From Setoptus koraiensis (Eukaryota > Animalia > Arthropoda): DNA of 64,000 bases. Location of the stretch: assembly GCA_048013815.1 (NCBI GenBank), contig CM106585.1, positions 1,116,001 through 1,180,000 of the forward strand, written 5' to 3'. The position numbers and the translations under genes are program-made. This document shows, piece by piece, positions 1 to 12,049 of this stretch (the first letter of the stretch is position 1; the number at the start of each line of letters is the position of its first letter). The notes under the pieces were generated by a model. That model had not been told where the DNA came from and did not search any database. It saw only the letters and a list, made by a program, of their open reading frames with translations.

Positions 1-1482
1 AAAGTCAACTGGATTTAACCACTATAACCCCTCGCCATCGCGCTTGCTTAGAACTGCTTCAGACAGAGAGAAATTACGTTCAGGTTCTTGAAACAATCGT
101 GACACTTTTTAAGGTTCCTCTAGAGAATCCAGAGCTTGGTGAACCAATACTCGATGCGACTGAGATCAAGGTTATTTTTGGAAACCTGGTACCGATATAT
201 GATGTGCACAAGAGGATGTTGAAAGATTTGGAAAGGACCATTGAATTTGATTGGAAAGAATCTCACAGTATTGGAAGAATTTTTGTTAGTCATTCGATGG
301 ACTTGTTGAAGGCTTATCCACCGTTCGTGAACTTTTTTGAAGATACAAAGAAAACTGTCACAGAATGTGACAATAAATACCCTAGGTTCCACGCTTTCCT
401 CAAAAAATGCCAAAGCAAAAAAGAATGTGGTCGAGAATCTCTATCTGAAATGCTGATAAGACCAGTCCAAAGATTACCTAGTATAATGCTTCTCATAACT
501 GAATTGATAAAGCGAACTGCCGAAACTAATCCTGATCATGGATTCCTGAAGGAAGCATTAGAGAGGGTTAGGCAGGTTATGAATCTTATCAATGAAGATA
601 AGAGAAAGACTGAGGGACAAATAGCAATGTTCGAAATCTTGAGCAACATTGAAGACTGTCCTCCATATTTACTATCTGCCAATAGGAGATTCATTTGTAA
701 GGCAGAAGCTAGGCTCCTGGTTACGGATTCGGACAATTATATAATTCCATTCAAAAGCCATAAAGTCGTTATTCTCCTATTTAACGATCTTTTGGAGATC
801 TGCAAGCTTAGATCACTGAAGAGATCTCACTCAGCATCGGCTCGATCTTACGGTCCCATTCGACGAAATATACATGGTTCTGTTCGAATGTCCAATAAAA
901 AGCAATATCGCCATTTGGATGAACTGCGATTAGAAGATATAAAGAGAGTCTATCGCAAATGCCAGTCCTCAGATCTGACTGAGGCAATAGTTGTACAAGC
1001 AAGCCCTTCTACAAAATATCAAAACTTTCGCACGTACCCACTTTTGATCGATGACAAGGAGATCACGAAGGATCAATTTTTGGATCATGTTGAGAGATGC
1101 GCCATCGAGTTCGTTGAAGACGGAGGCATTCAGGTTAGTTTTGACACAAAATTTCCTAGCGAATTATACATATCGAGAATTTCTAGAGGAATCATCAATA
1201 ATACTTTTGTGCTCGTTAATTCATACACACCACAGAAATTGGTCATGGAAGATAAGCCATTATCTAGTGATGAAATAGATTTCAGGTACTCGGAAGTTCT
1301 CGCAAAATCGATGGCCAAATCGAGGTTAGTAGTTGGTGCTGTAATATCTTCTAAATCGTTATACTAGTTTTATACTGTAATAATGAACATTCATTTCTTT
1401 CGATTTTTTCCCTCTTAGACTTTCCAGACTTTCCATACGTCAAACTTTTTCACCCTCGGTGTATAGGGAACGAGTGGGATAG
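1..1482 (+). CDS. ECT2: ECT2/pebble-like RhoGEF, 5'-partial (DH-PH and C-tail); predicted exons <1-1133, 1236-1324, 1419-1482
   Basis: Frame is open from nt 3 (…ELLQTERNYVQVLETIVTLFKVPL = DH start). ECT2-like motifs KECGRESLSEMLIRPVQRLPSIMLL and CPPYLLSANRRFI are present. GTTAGT donors at 1134 and 1325; acceptors CACAG (1235) and pyrimidine tract-TAG (1418); spliced end reads …AKSRLSRLSIRQTFSPSVYRERVG* (TAG 1480-1482). Gene identity is firmer than the 3' exon model. Confidence 0.88.
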
Positions 1483-1853
1483 AAACACAAACGACTCATT
1501 TTAGACCAAATACGCCGTGAATGTCGATACTGGCGAACTGTAATATAATAAATATAGCTAATCTCGGTCCAGTGGGCCGGCTTATCACGATAACGTAGAT
1601 CTTTTGGTGACACGGTTTCTCCCCGCTTCATTCACTAACGGTTCTACGGGTGAACTGTAAAACTATAAATCTTGCTAATATTGATCAGTGTAGTCAGTGG
1701 GAGGGAGAGCTTTTTATGAGTTGTGTTTTATTTCTGAAAATATTGTTACAACTATATAGAGCTATTTCTTGTGTGATAGTATGATAGCATTTAACATGAT
1801 TGGAATATATACAAAACGATAAAAAAATATCGCTGCGGTGGCAAGCTCTTGAT

Positions 1854-2855
1854 TTACTTAGGCTTGGCCTCCTGGTCATTAACATTTCTTATGTAAATAC
1901 AGTCGGGCGGGATATCTCTTAATTTGTCGCAATCATCGTTCTCGTGCAAGTAAGAAGACGCAATCGCAATGAGACTACCATCCGGCGAAAAACTGAGAGA
2001 CGAAATTGATGTCGGATATCGATGAAATTGGACGAGACGCTTCTTGTTCTGGCCATCCCATATATTGACGAAACCGTCCGATCCTCCTGTAGCAAATGTA
2101 CCAAATGTATTATGGAAACTGATAGCATTAACTGGATAAATAATTTCCACTCCACTGGCGGCGTCTTTGTTGCGATGGCATTTGAATGCATACTTTTGCT
2201 TTTGAATTTCGGGTGCCGGATCAAGATACTCTACTGCTACTCGTCCTTCAATAGAGCTGAGAACATATCCTTGCTTATTCGGGTAGGCTTTTATGCACCT
2301 TGTCTGATATTTGAGAGAGGATTCTTTTTTTGTGGAGGTCATAGTTCTCAGATCCCAAATGAATACACGCCTCCCTGCTGTACCGACTATAAGTTTGTCA
2401 CCGCAAACAGCCATTGCATATATTTTCTCAGGTAGTGTATGGCTTGCTACAGGTGACACATCAGTGCCTGCTTGACGAGGATCCCAAAATTTCAAGCAAG
2501 AATCCCAGCCGCCACTTACAACAAGATTGACCTCTGGAATGTATTCAACGCATCTGACGGGTTCCGAATGTGATCCAACGTTTATTCCCATTTGTGTAGT
2601 GAAATCATATTTTTTTACTTGTCTGTCACAACCACCGCTCCAACAAGATTCGGCATCCTGAAAGCTGGCGTCTAAGACTGGAGCATCATGGAGATATTGA
2701 GTTTTTAACTGATTGAGTTTTACATCATATAATTTTACAGTACAATCCCAGCTGGCAGATAATAAGTGTTGGTTGTCTTTCGTTCCAAACTTGACACTTT
2801 GGATGCAGTCAGTTGGCAAGTTATCCAACTTGTATTCCTCCCCCATTAATGTCAT
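1854..2855 (-). CDS. BUB3: Mitotic checkpoint protein BUB3 (WD40), intronless, 333 aa
   Basis: Full ORF with BUB3/Rae1-family motifs SSIEGRVAVEYLDP, KYAFKCHR, IYPVNAISFH, TFATGGSDGFVNIWD, KKRLVQFHRYPTSISSLSFS, LIAIASSY. The 'YVLSSIEGRVAVEY' and 'QFHRYPTSI' forms match BUB3 rather than Rae1. Confidence 0.95.
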   Translation of the reverse strand: MTLMGEEYKLDNLPTDCIQSVKFGTKDNQHLLSASWDCTVKLYDVKLNQLKTQYLHDAPVLDASFQDAESCWSGGCDRQVKKYDFTTQMGINVGSHSEPVRCVEYIPEVNLVVSGGWDSCLKFWDPRQAGTDVSPVASHTLPEKIYAMAVCGDKLIVGTAGRRVFIWDLRTMTSTKKESSLKYQTRCIKAYPNKQGYVLSSIEGRVAVEYLDPAPEIQKQKYAFKCHRNKDAASGVEIIYPVNAISFHNTFGTFATGGSDGFVNIWDGQNKKRLVQFHRYPTSISSLSFSPDGSLIAIASSYLHENDDCDKLRDIPPDCIYIRNVNDQEAKPK

Positions 2856-3150
2856 TGTGTTAATTGATGAGTTGAATAAATATTTTAGATCGAAGGAAGG
2901 TTACGTGTAAGTATACCTTTATTTTTAAATGAATGTTGAACGAAATAAGTATCAAAGAAACACAAAAAGTCCAACGGTCAACCAACTTCTACTCATTCAG
3001 CGCACGCGCTGGTTATATGCGCGAGATTTGAACTCAGTTTCGACAGCTCGGTGAAAATTTAATCAAATTATAATTTTATTTCATTATATATATATATATA
3101 TATATTGTTGTTTGTATATTATATATGTTATTCTTTGAATCGTTACTAAA

Positions 3151-5196
3151 CTAATAATTGATTTTTTTGGTTGGTGTACTCTTCCTTCGTCTAGATGATG
3201 ACGGTGATGAAGTTTGAGCAGAAGCGGCCGCTGCGACCGCGGCCATTACGCTCAATCCATTCGTTGGATCGATTACTAATTTTTCATTAATAGTAGTATA
3301 ATTGTTATTGCTAATTGTCTTGACGGCCGCACGTGTCTTAGGAGATGCATTTTTGTTCCGATTTCGCTTTAGGAGTTCGCGACCGCTTCCGTCGCTGTGG
3401 AAACGTATTATATGGTGCCTCAAGTTTCTTTTCTCACTAAAACCTCTGTTGCACGCTTTACAAACACACGGTTTGAATCCCGTATGAACCCGTTCATGCC
3501 GATGCACACTAAATATTCTGTCAAATGTCTTGTCACAAAACCGACATTTGAATTGACCCGGCGCCGTTTCCTCAATTTCACCAACAGCAGTTACTTTGGT
3601 CACTTCCGCTATCAGTGGATGGTTGTTGTTTTTATCAATAATTGCGGTGACAGACTTAAGATTGAGTGGTATCATAGCTCCATTGCTTCCATTAATATTT
3701 TTTGTTTCTATGATGTGATCGTTAACATGACTGCTATTCAATTGGTTGTTGCGTTGACGACCAGTTCCGTTCATAAGAATACCGTCTCCAGCTGGTAAAT
3801 TATTTTTATTGCTTCCATTAGTGCCTGGCGAGGCTGAGGCTGCCGAGGAGGCAGAGGATCGCTTAGTGGACCTGGTAATTTGATGTTCCTGCTTCATGTT
3901 TTTGGGCGAGCTTTCCATGGCTCTTTCAGAGGCAGCGGCGGCTAAATGGTGTAAATAAGCCTGATGGTGATTAATTTGATCACCTCGACTGAGAGAACTA
4001 ATAATTGAGCTAAGGTTGTTATTGTTACTACCACCATGATGATGATTGTTGTTGTTGTTGTTGTTGCTATTATTGTTGTTGTTAGTGTTATTATTGTTAC
4101 TATTATTGTAGTTGTTGTTGTTGTTGTTGTTGCTGTTGTTGTTGTTGTTGTTGTTAGGTGAGTGCCACGAGAAAGATGATGAAGATGAATGATGTTTAGT
4201 CATGGCATTACCGGCCACAACTGAGGCGGCGGCGGCCGCTGCAGCTACTACCGACGACGAAGTATATTTGTTGGCTGATATTGGCGAAGATGGTTTAGAG
4301 CTGTCATAACTGTCTGGTGGCGATGATGGTAACGCGGTGGCATTGAGTCCAGTTGAGGCCGCTGCTGCAGCTACAGACATTAAACTGTTCAATCTTTTCC
4401 ACAATTCCTGGCAGTTTGAGATGGCACAATCTCTTTCCTCAGTGACTTGATTTAATTTTTTGTTCAATTGTTCAATCAGGTATTCAGCGTTACGTTTGTC
4501 TGTGGCCAATAAATTAAATGCACGATGTGAATCATTTAGTTCTGTTTGCAATCTGTCCAATTCCACCTTGAACACAATAGCGGCCGCTGTTGCCGAGGTG
4601 TCTTTGCTATTTCCGTTGGTTTGGTTGTTGTTGTTGTTGTTAGTCATATTGTTGGTTGTAGTTAAGTTGTTAGCTTTGTTGTTGACATTAGCAGCGGTTG
4701 GTGGGGCCACTTGTTGTGTTGGTAGTGTTGGCGATGGAGTCGATCTTGCCATAGGATATTCGTTTTTAACGTTGTTGTTGTTGTTGTTGTTATTGCTAGT
4801 GGTATTGTTGTTTGCGTCTGATGTAGATGATACAGTCGATGATGATGATGATGGTGATGATGATGTGGACGATGATCCGTGATATGTTTTAAGGTGAAAA
4901 TTGTGTGAATGCTCGTATTTAAAGCCCTTGCCACAGGCCTGACACTGGTAGGGATGTTGCATTTGATGTTTCATTTGGTGCAGCTTTAGGTCGACTTCTG
5001 TGGCGAATGTCTTAAAACATAGATTGCAAGCGTGAACGAGGCCGTTAGATTGTTGGTTGTTGTTGTTGTTTGATGGTGTGTTTGTTGTGCTGTTGTTGTT
5101 GTTGTTTGTGTTGTTGGTGGTGGCCCCATTTGAGCCGTTGACAATTAATTGGACACTATTGGCTGGCTGAGCTGGCTGGACAGCAGTTGTGGACAT
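3151..5196 (-). CDS. C2H2 zinc-finger transcription factor (2+2 fingers, central coiled coil, N/A/S-rich), 681 aa
   Basis: Fingers CNLCFKTF…HQMKH, CQACGKGF…HLKTYH, CRFCDKTF…HERVH(TGFKP linker) and CKACNRGF…HIIRFH; heptad-like segment FKVELDRLQTELN…ELWKRLNSL. A likely acceptor (TCACTCACAG, ends at 5211) lies 14 nt before the ATG, so an upstream exon is probable. Confidence 0.88.
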   Translation of the reverse strand: MSTTAVQPAQPANSVQLIVNGSNGATTNNTNNNNNSTTNTPSNNNNNQQSNGLVHACNLCFKTFATEVDLKLHQMKHQMQHPYQCQACGKGFKYEHSHNFHLKTYHGSSSTSSSPSSSSSTVSSTSDANNNTTSNNNNNNNNVKNEYPMARSTPSPTLPTQQVAPPTAANVNNKANNLTTTNNMTNNNNNNQTNGNSKDTSATAAAIVFKVELDRLQTELNDSHRAFNLLATDKRNAEYLIEQLNKKLNQVTEERDCAISNCQELWKRLNSLMSVAAAAASTGLNATALPSSPPDSYDSSKPSSPISANKYTSSSVVAAAAAAASVVAGNAMTKHHSSSSSFSWHSPNNNNNNNSNNNNNNNYNNSNNNNTNNNNNSNNNNNNNHHHGGSNNNNLSSIISSLSRGDQINHHQAYLHHLAAAASERAMESSPKNMKQEHQITRSTKRSSASSAASASPGTNGSNKNNLPAGDGILMNGTGRQRNNQLNSSHVNDHIIETKNINGSNGAMIPLNLKSVTAIIDKNNNHPLIAEVTKVTAVGEIEETAPGQFKCRFCDKTFDRIFSVHRHERVHTGFKPCVCKACNRGFSEKRNLRHHIIRFHSDGSGRELLKRNRNKNASPKTRAAVKTISNNNYTTINEKLVIDPTNGLSVMAAVAAAASAQTSSPSSSRRRKSTPTKKINY

Positions 5197-5746
5197 GTTG
5201 ATAATAATAACTGTGAGTGATAATATACTGGTACTATGAGTGCTGATGATAGTAGTGCTGATAATCAGAAGATAGAGCGATATAGAGCGAATGGATATAT
5301 TAATATATATATATTAATTAATAGTAAGCGTGTGTAGGCACGTACTGCTGCTAGTCGACTGTTCGCTAGTCTGTCTCACTGGGCTCACTCGTCTTTGCGA
5401 TCTGTGCATGTGATGTTGACGACGACGAGTCACTGACTGTGTGCGCGACACAACAAAACTACTAATACAACTTTATCCGTCTGTGTGTGTGTGCGCGTCG
5501 CTTCGGGTAGGGTCGCGCGCTCGCACACTACTGCTCATGCACTGCTGCTCACGCACTGCCGCACTACACTACTAATACCAATACTCATACTACACTCCAA
5601 CTGCTTATAGTGCCCGCTACGCCGCTGCCTTCCCCCACAATGATCCAACGCACAAAACTAGTTGCTAGACTCTAGCAGCTAGAGACACTCCTATCCGCGC
5701 CTATCCGCTCCTATCCGCTCCTGCTCGCTCCGGCAGGCTCCGGCTG

Positions 5747-5794
5747 GCTCCTATGATAGGACTCCTGTGATAGGACTCCTGTGATAGGACTCCT
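5747..5794. repeat. 14-bp minisatellite (ACTCCTGTGATAGG x3+)
   Basis: Direct tandem copies at 5747, 5761 and 5775, preceded by CTATCCGCTC repeats. Confidence 0.85.
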
Positions 5795-8241
5795 ATCCGC
5801 TGCTATCGGCTCCCACTGGCTCCTATTGGCTGCTGCTCGGCTCGAGTCGCCACTTGTGCAACTCCGCTGCCAGTGTACTTGTTGCGTCGCGAGCGCGCCC
5901 AGCGGACGTTTTGTGCGTCTAAATGTGATAACATTTGTGAGACATGCCAGTTTATTATTGACGGTATGTACGTATATTGACGTACGCAAGTACGCTGTGT
6001 AAGCTATAGAAAGGAGAAAAATGTGCACGAGTCGCTGCCAGCAACAAGCTGCTGGCTGTGTGGCGGGGGCGGATTGGTCGCAGCAACGTGGCGAGTGTGT
6101 GTGTGTGTGTGTGTGCAACGTTGAACTGTGCGTGTGTGTGTGTGTGCGTGTGATATAACAACATTGATAACATCTCTATATTTACTCGCTAGATGTGTCT
6201 CTATCAATGATGGTGTTCGTGGCAGCAGGCTCACTCGTTGTTAGTTAGCTCGTACAAAACCAACGCAATGTGTGTACACTGTGTACAGTCGTTTGCTATC
6301 AAATTATAACACACTGTGCCTGTGCAATGGCATAACAAGGCAACTCGTGACGCCACTGACGGGCAAAGTGACGCGACAAGTGCACAAACTCCAAGGCAAA
6401 CTCACACACAGAGATATATGGATAGAGAGAGAGAGAGCGGAGGCGCCACGACAACGGCTCTAGGGCCACGTTGCAACACACAAGCTTGTGTGTTTGGCTA
6501 GCACTAGCCGAGCACTGGCACTGCTGTGAGCATACCGACTATGCCAAGTACGTAGTGTTGTCGACAATGCTCGTTCGTTTGCTCGTTGTTGTTGTTGTTG
6601 GTGTTGTTGTTGTTGTGGTTGTTGTTGTTGTTGTGGTTGTTGCTGCTGTTGCTGTTGCACGACTCTATTTGCTGCTGCTGCTGCTGCCGCCTATCGACTG
6701 CTTCTAATCGAGTTATGCAATGGTAGCTCTGCCAACCACAACCATCTCCACTGTCTGCTCGCTGCACTCGCTCACAGTCGGGCCAGCAAATTGACACAAG
6801 CGGCGCGAGTATCATTCATTTCGTTATTTGTATGCGCGTTTGAGTGCGCGCTTATCTGTCGTATCCAGCCGGATTACGGGCAATTTGACGCAGTGCAAAT
6901 GCCGATTCTTATCAGCCTCAGCATGATGATGGCGACGCTGGCCATGTGGTGGCTATATGATACGACGGCCACCACCACTACGCCAACGACAGCCACCACA
7001 ACAACCGACGACAACCACCGACGACAACCACCGACGACAACCACCGACGACAACAAGTGGCGCTCTGACTCACCGCCCTGGCGCGCGTGTAGTCCGGCCA
7101 TTTTGCGCTCATCATTTCTGCACACCATTGCGCAACAACAGCGGCAGCCCCGACAAGCAACTAGCAATGGTAATTATTGCTGGTGATGCCAATCACTGCA
7201 CCAGCGCCACTGATAGCGTGCAACTTGAGCGCCCAAGTATAATCACGTAATCGTCAGTCGTCGCAGTGTCTTGGCGCGTTGTGTACCATTTTAGTGCATA
7301 CAAGCGCAGTTTAGGCTAGTTGTGAGGACTAACTGGCAGGCTAAATACGAGCAAGCGACAACAATGCCGATAGTGCACGATAGTGTTCACATGCTCTCAA
7401 GCTCGTTGTTAGATGCTCGTCGTCAGATAACAGCCTAGTGTGACGAGCCAACAGGCACGATGGCGACGCCGACAACCACGACAACGACAACCACAACCAC
7501 GACGATGAGTGACGTGCTCAATGGCTGACAATTGAGCCGCGCTCCAGCGACGCCAAGCCCCAAACGAGCTTGCCCGTTTGTCACTCTCTGTTTGTCTGCC
7601 GTCTGTTTGGCTAGCTCTGCAAGCGTTGCACGCTCATCGCACCAGCAAGCCCGACAGCAGCCCAACAACAGCCTCAACAACGCCACAGCTATAACAACTA
7701 TAACAGCCACCACAACACCAACAACAACAACAACAGCAACAGCAACAGCGACAACAACAGCCACAGCCAACAGCGAGCCCAGGCAGCGCTGGCAAGCTCG
7801 GTGCAGTTAGACGCGATACTTGTTGTTTATCAGGCGAGTGGAAGCGGCGCAAACATTCGCCATATTGGTGTCTCCTCAGTGATGATAATGTGGAGCGTAC
7901 AAGAGAAAGAGAGTACGCATTTGGTTACGTACTCTCGTCACAACACTGCCAGAGAGCGTGTGCATTTCAATATGCGGCTTGCAGTGTGTTGTAGCACGGC
8001 AAACAATATTGTTGCATGTATGTACGCTGCTAGAATTGTATTACGCTATTGTCTGCCTCGTGATCGCGCCTTGATCGCTCTCTGATCGCGCGTTCGCTGT
8101 GCTCTTGTGCACTTGTTGCGCACAACGCAATCCCAATTATCACAACTGTTGTGCGCCTGTTGCATAACTAGCACGCTTTTATTTGCAGCCAGCCAGACAT
8201 GGAGTATCTCTCGTCTGACTCGTTGTCTCATTGGCGTCGCA

Positions 8242-8281
<40 letters not shown>

Positions 8282-10655
8282 AAAACGGATAAACGCTGAT
8301 AACAACAACCGACAGCATACGATACATGTATTTATAGCAGTCAGCATAACATGTGCTCGCTGTGCGCCAACACACAAATTGTGTAGCTCGCGCGAACTGC
8401 TGCAATTGAACGCCTCTGACATGCTTTTGATGTGTCTCGCGCGCACACCAACAAGCAGCTTATATCCATTTTATCCGCTGTTACAGCCAGTCTGTCTGGC
8501 TGCAACACTGCAGAGCATAGCAGCCATAGCATGCTCTTGCAAATTGTGGCCACGTTTAGTCCGGCATTGCACAACAACACACACGTTACGTATTGTGCAC
8601 ATGGCACACACACACTCTAATTGGCCGCACCCAACCTGCGATTGGCCACTTCCGGCACAGCCAAACCGCGGCACGCTCTCAACGCGTAACACAGTGTGCC
8701 GACTAGCACACTGTTACGTAAATTCGCAACGTGCCTGAACGTCGCTCGTTCGCTCGTTGGCTTGCTCTAATTGCTCACTCACATTTGCAATTCCGCTTTA
8801 TATGAAATGCAAGTCGCCATTTTATATGGAGGCATTTTGTATAAAGGCAAATATACATTTATATGTACATACATGAATAGATAACAAGAATGCCGATCCA
8901 TCCATTATCAGATGAGTCGCCGACGCAATATCGATTAATCTGATCTGTGCATTCTGTGTATTTACTCACTGTGAGTCACTCGCAGTCAGTGTGTGCGTGT
9001 GCGTGTGCGTTTCATGTGGGTACCGGTAATGGAGGTGCGCACGAAGCACGCGCTTCAAAATGCGAAAGAGGCACAGCGCACAATTCATCGCGCGTACGTT
9101 TGATCGGCGCGTAATTGCACGACGCACAAGGCACTTGGACGCGCGCGCTATGCGTCATTTTGTTTCGCTTATAATAGTTATAATTAGTTATAATTGTTTT
9201 AGGCTGCTTGTAGACTCATTGATGCACAATCAATCCGCTGACAATATACAAATTGTTGGGGTATCATGTAAATGCAAATTTGCGCTTATTCTCACACAAT
9301 TTTCTAGATAATTTTCTCCAAGTTTGGGGAAAAATCCACCACAGGCGCTGGGATGGCATTAATGAATTGGTTAAACGCTCAAAATGGGAAATCTAGGCGA
9401 AAAGGGTGAAAACGACGGGCCCTCAAAACAGACGAAGAGAGCGCGAGCGTTTTGTGTGAGAATAATCAGATTGCTGCACTAATCAAGATAGCGATTTTGC
9501 TGTCGCTACTCATTGGACACTGACATAGTGTTTTGCTGCATTGCAAATATATATGAATTTACATGTCACAACCACGAAGAGTATTCACTTGTATCATGAT
9601 GGGCACGATGGCACAGCGGAAAGCAACGGCCGAAGCGAGCACCATCTACGCTCCTGTTGCTGCAGACAAGTGACACAAACGGGCCAAAACAAACGGGCCA
9701 AAAGTGAAACATCCGATAAACTGGACACAGCATGTTGAGGCCAATGCTGGCCAACTGAAACCGCTGACCGCAACTGGCAGAGTGTTGGCTGGAAACATTT
9801 GTCAGCCAGGCCATTGTTTGCAATTTAATAGACGTCGCTCCATTTTGAGTTGCAGCGTATTTGCTGTTGAGACATAGTGCGGATATGCGCAGGATATGGA
9901 TATTGTAACAGCAGTTGCATTGAGTTGTTGCCGAGCTGTCACAGAGATGATGCCGATGACGGTGACAAGCATGATGATGAGGGCCGAGCCAACGTGCCAT
10001 GAGCGTGAGTTTGCAGTTTAATGCTCATCAACAAACACTGGTCTGGCCCGTTGGTCAGTCACTGTTCCCACACGTAGACTCGAAATAGGTGTCATTGTGT
10101 GTTTGTTTTGTTGCACTGTTGTCGTTCGATGGGCAAACATTTCGATTGCCAGCCAGTCAGCCAGCAAGCGGCATTCGGAGCACTGTCTGGCGCATGTCGT
10201 GCAACCGACGCGGGCCCACGTCGACCTAACAACTTGTGAGTCGGCCCATGCAGGCCCGCGTCGACTCAACAACTTGTAAGTCGGCCCATGTTGGCCCATG
10301 TCGGCCTATGTAGGCCGGCCTGTGGCCAGATGACACGGGCCTGTTGATAGGCCCAACGGAGAAAAGAAAATAATGGCCATAACGCACACCAAACAACCAA
10401 CTAGCCAAATAACGTTGCATAACTATTACTTGTTGTGCTCGCTGCCCGCTGCTGCGTGGTGCTGCGTGGTGCTGCACCATAACGAGCGGCCAGCTTGTGA
10501 GCCAACAACAAGTGTTTGCTTTGCACCAACGGCGTGCGTGTGCGTGTGTTTGCGAGGGCGGACACGGCGCTAATGTGTGCCCGTTTAAGCGCTCGCATGT
10601 CCTCCTGTCCTTGCATACAAACACACAAATACATATACACACGCTGGCCAGTCAA

Positions 10656-10748
10656 TACAAAATACGAAATGCGAAATGCGAAACACAAAATGCGAGATAC
10701 GCAATACGAAATGCGAAATACGAAATACGAAATACGAAATACGAAATA
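10656..10748. repeat. Heptamer microsatellite (ATACGAA/ATGCGAA)n
   Basis: About 13 degenerate 7-bp units. Confidence 0.85.
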
Positions 10749-11915
10749 TTCCAATAGGAATAATATTAATATTTGCAATCATTGTATTGTTAGTGCGGCC
10801 AGTTGGCAATTGGCAACACAACTGGTTGCCATTTACTAGTGATGCTGCACGAAACGAGCCGCTCATCGAATGCCAACAAATGATGTAAGCGTTTATTGTG
10901 CAGTTGAAGCGACCGTAATTATGATACTGCACTGGCAGTGCCATAATTACCAACTGGCAAGCATGCCTCATTCGAGCCCATCGACAAGTATTGGCACTTT
11001 GATGAATTGGCCGCTCTCTCTCTCGCTCTGTCTGGCGCACAAACTGTCCAACGAAACCAACATGTTGTGTCGCAACAATGGCCAGAATCGTGCCGAATCG
11101 GCCATCGGCACGAATCAGCTCAACACACCAACGGACGTTACTCCAGTTTCAATGTGCGACGCGCTCACTGAAACTGCAAATCGGGGCACGTCCGCCAATG
11201 CGCTCACTTGTGGCAACGAGCTGGCGATTGTCGCCAGCCACCACGTTGCCACAAGCGCACAGGCCAAACAAACAACGAGACCAACTTTTGACAATTGTGT
11301 CAACTTGCCGCTCAATGTGCTCGCATTATCGCAACGGAAGCGCACGTCACCAGAGCCGGGCCGGCAATTATCGAAAAGAGCCCATTGGTCAGCGTTGCGC
11401 AACATTGACAGCATTGCTCCATTGCACAATTAATGTGTCCAATCAATTAATTACTGGCCCTGTCACTCACATTGGTCATTTGGTTGGCTCGCAATTGGAC
11501 AGGCTCACACACACATTGCAAATGGCAAATGGCGCACACTCGTAACTTGAGTAGCTCGTTTGCTGTAGCGGCTCACCATTTGTCAAGTCAAACATAACAA
11601 GCCAACAACTAGAGCGAGCTCGCTGTGCCGCCGTTGAGCGAGCTGCGCCAAGCTAGCAGCACACGGACAACGTGTGCCAAATTGAGGCTCATCTTACAGT
11701 GAGTATATGTTTACCGGTGTGTATGTTTATCGGTGCACATGGTTGCGTGTAGTGGCAACACGTTAGAGCCAATCTAACAATTGTAAGCAATTGGCGACAA
11801 GTGTGACGTGGGCAACATTTGAACGTGTGTCTCCTCATTTGCCATCGACCATAACAACCAACAGCATTGAGCTGACAATTGTGACTGTTACTGTAAACGA
11901 CGCAGCTAGCTGCAA

Positions 11916-12049
<134 letters not shown>

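Noticed and set aside
1134-1367. The ORF-track C-terminus of ECT2 as the real protein end
   Set aside because: Two canonical GTTAGT donors with matching acceptors explain it better as intron read-through; kept only as a possible isoform.
4460-4934. Overlapping ORFs on the zinc-finger gene
   Set aside because: Shadow frames of AAC/TCA repeats; the same applies to 48221-48649 and 48999-49316 over the receptor.
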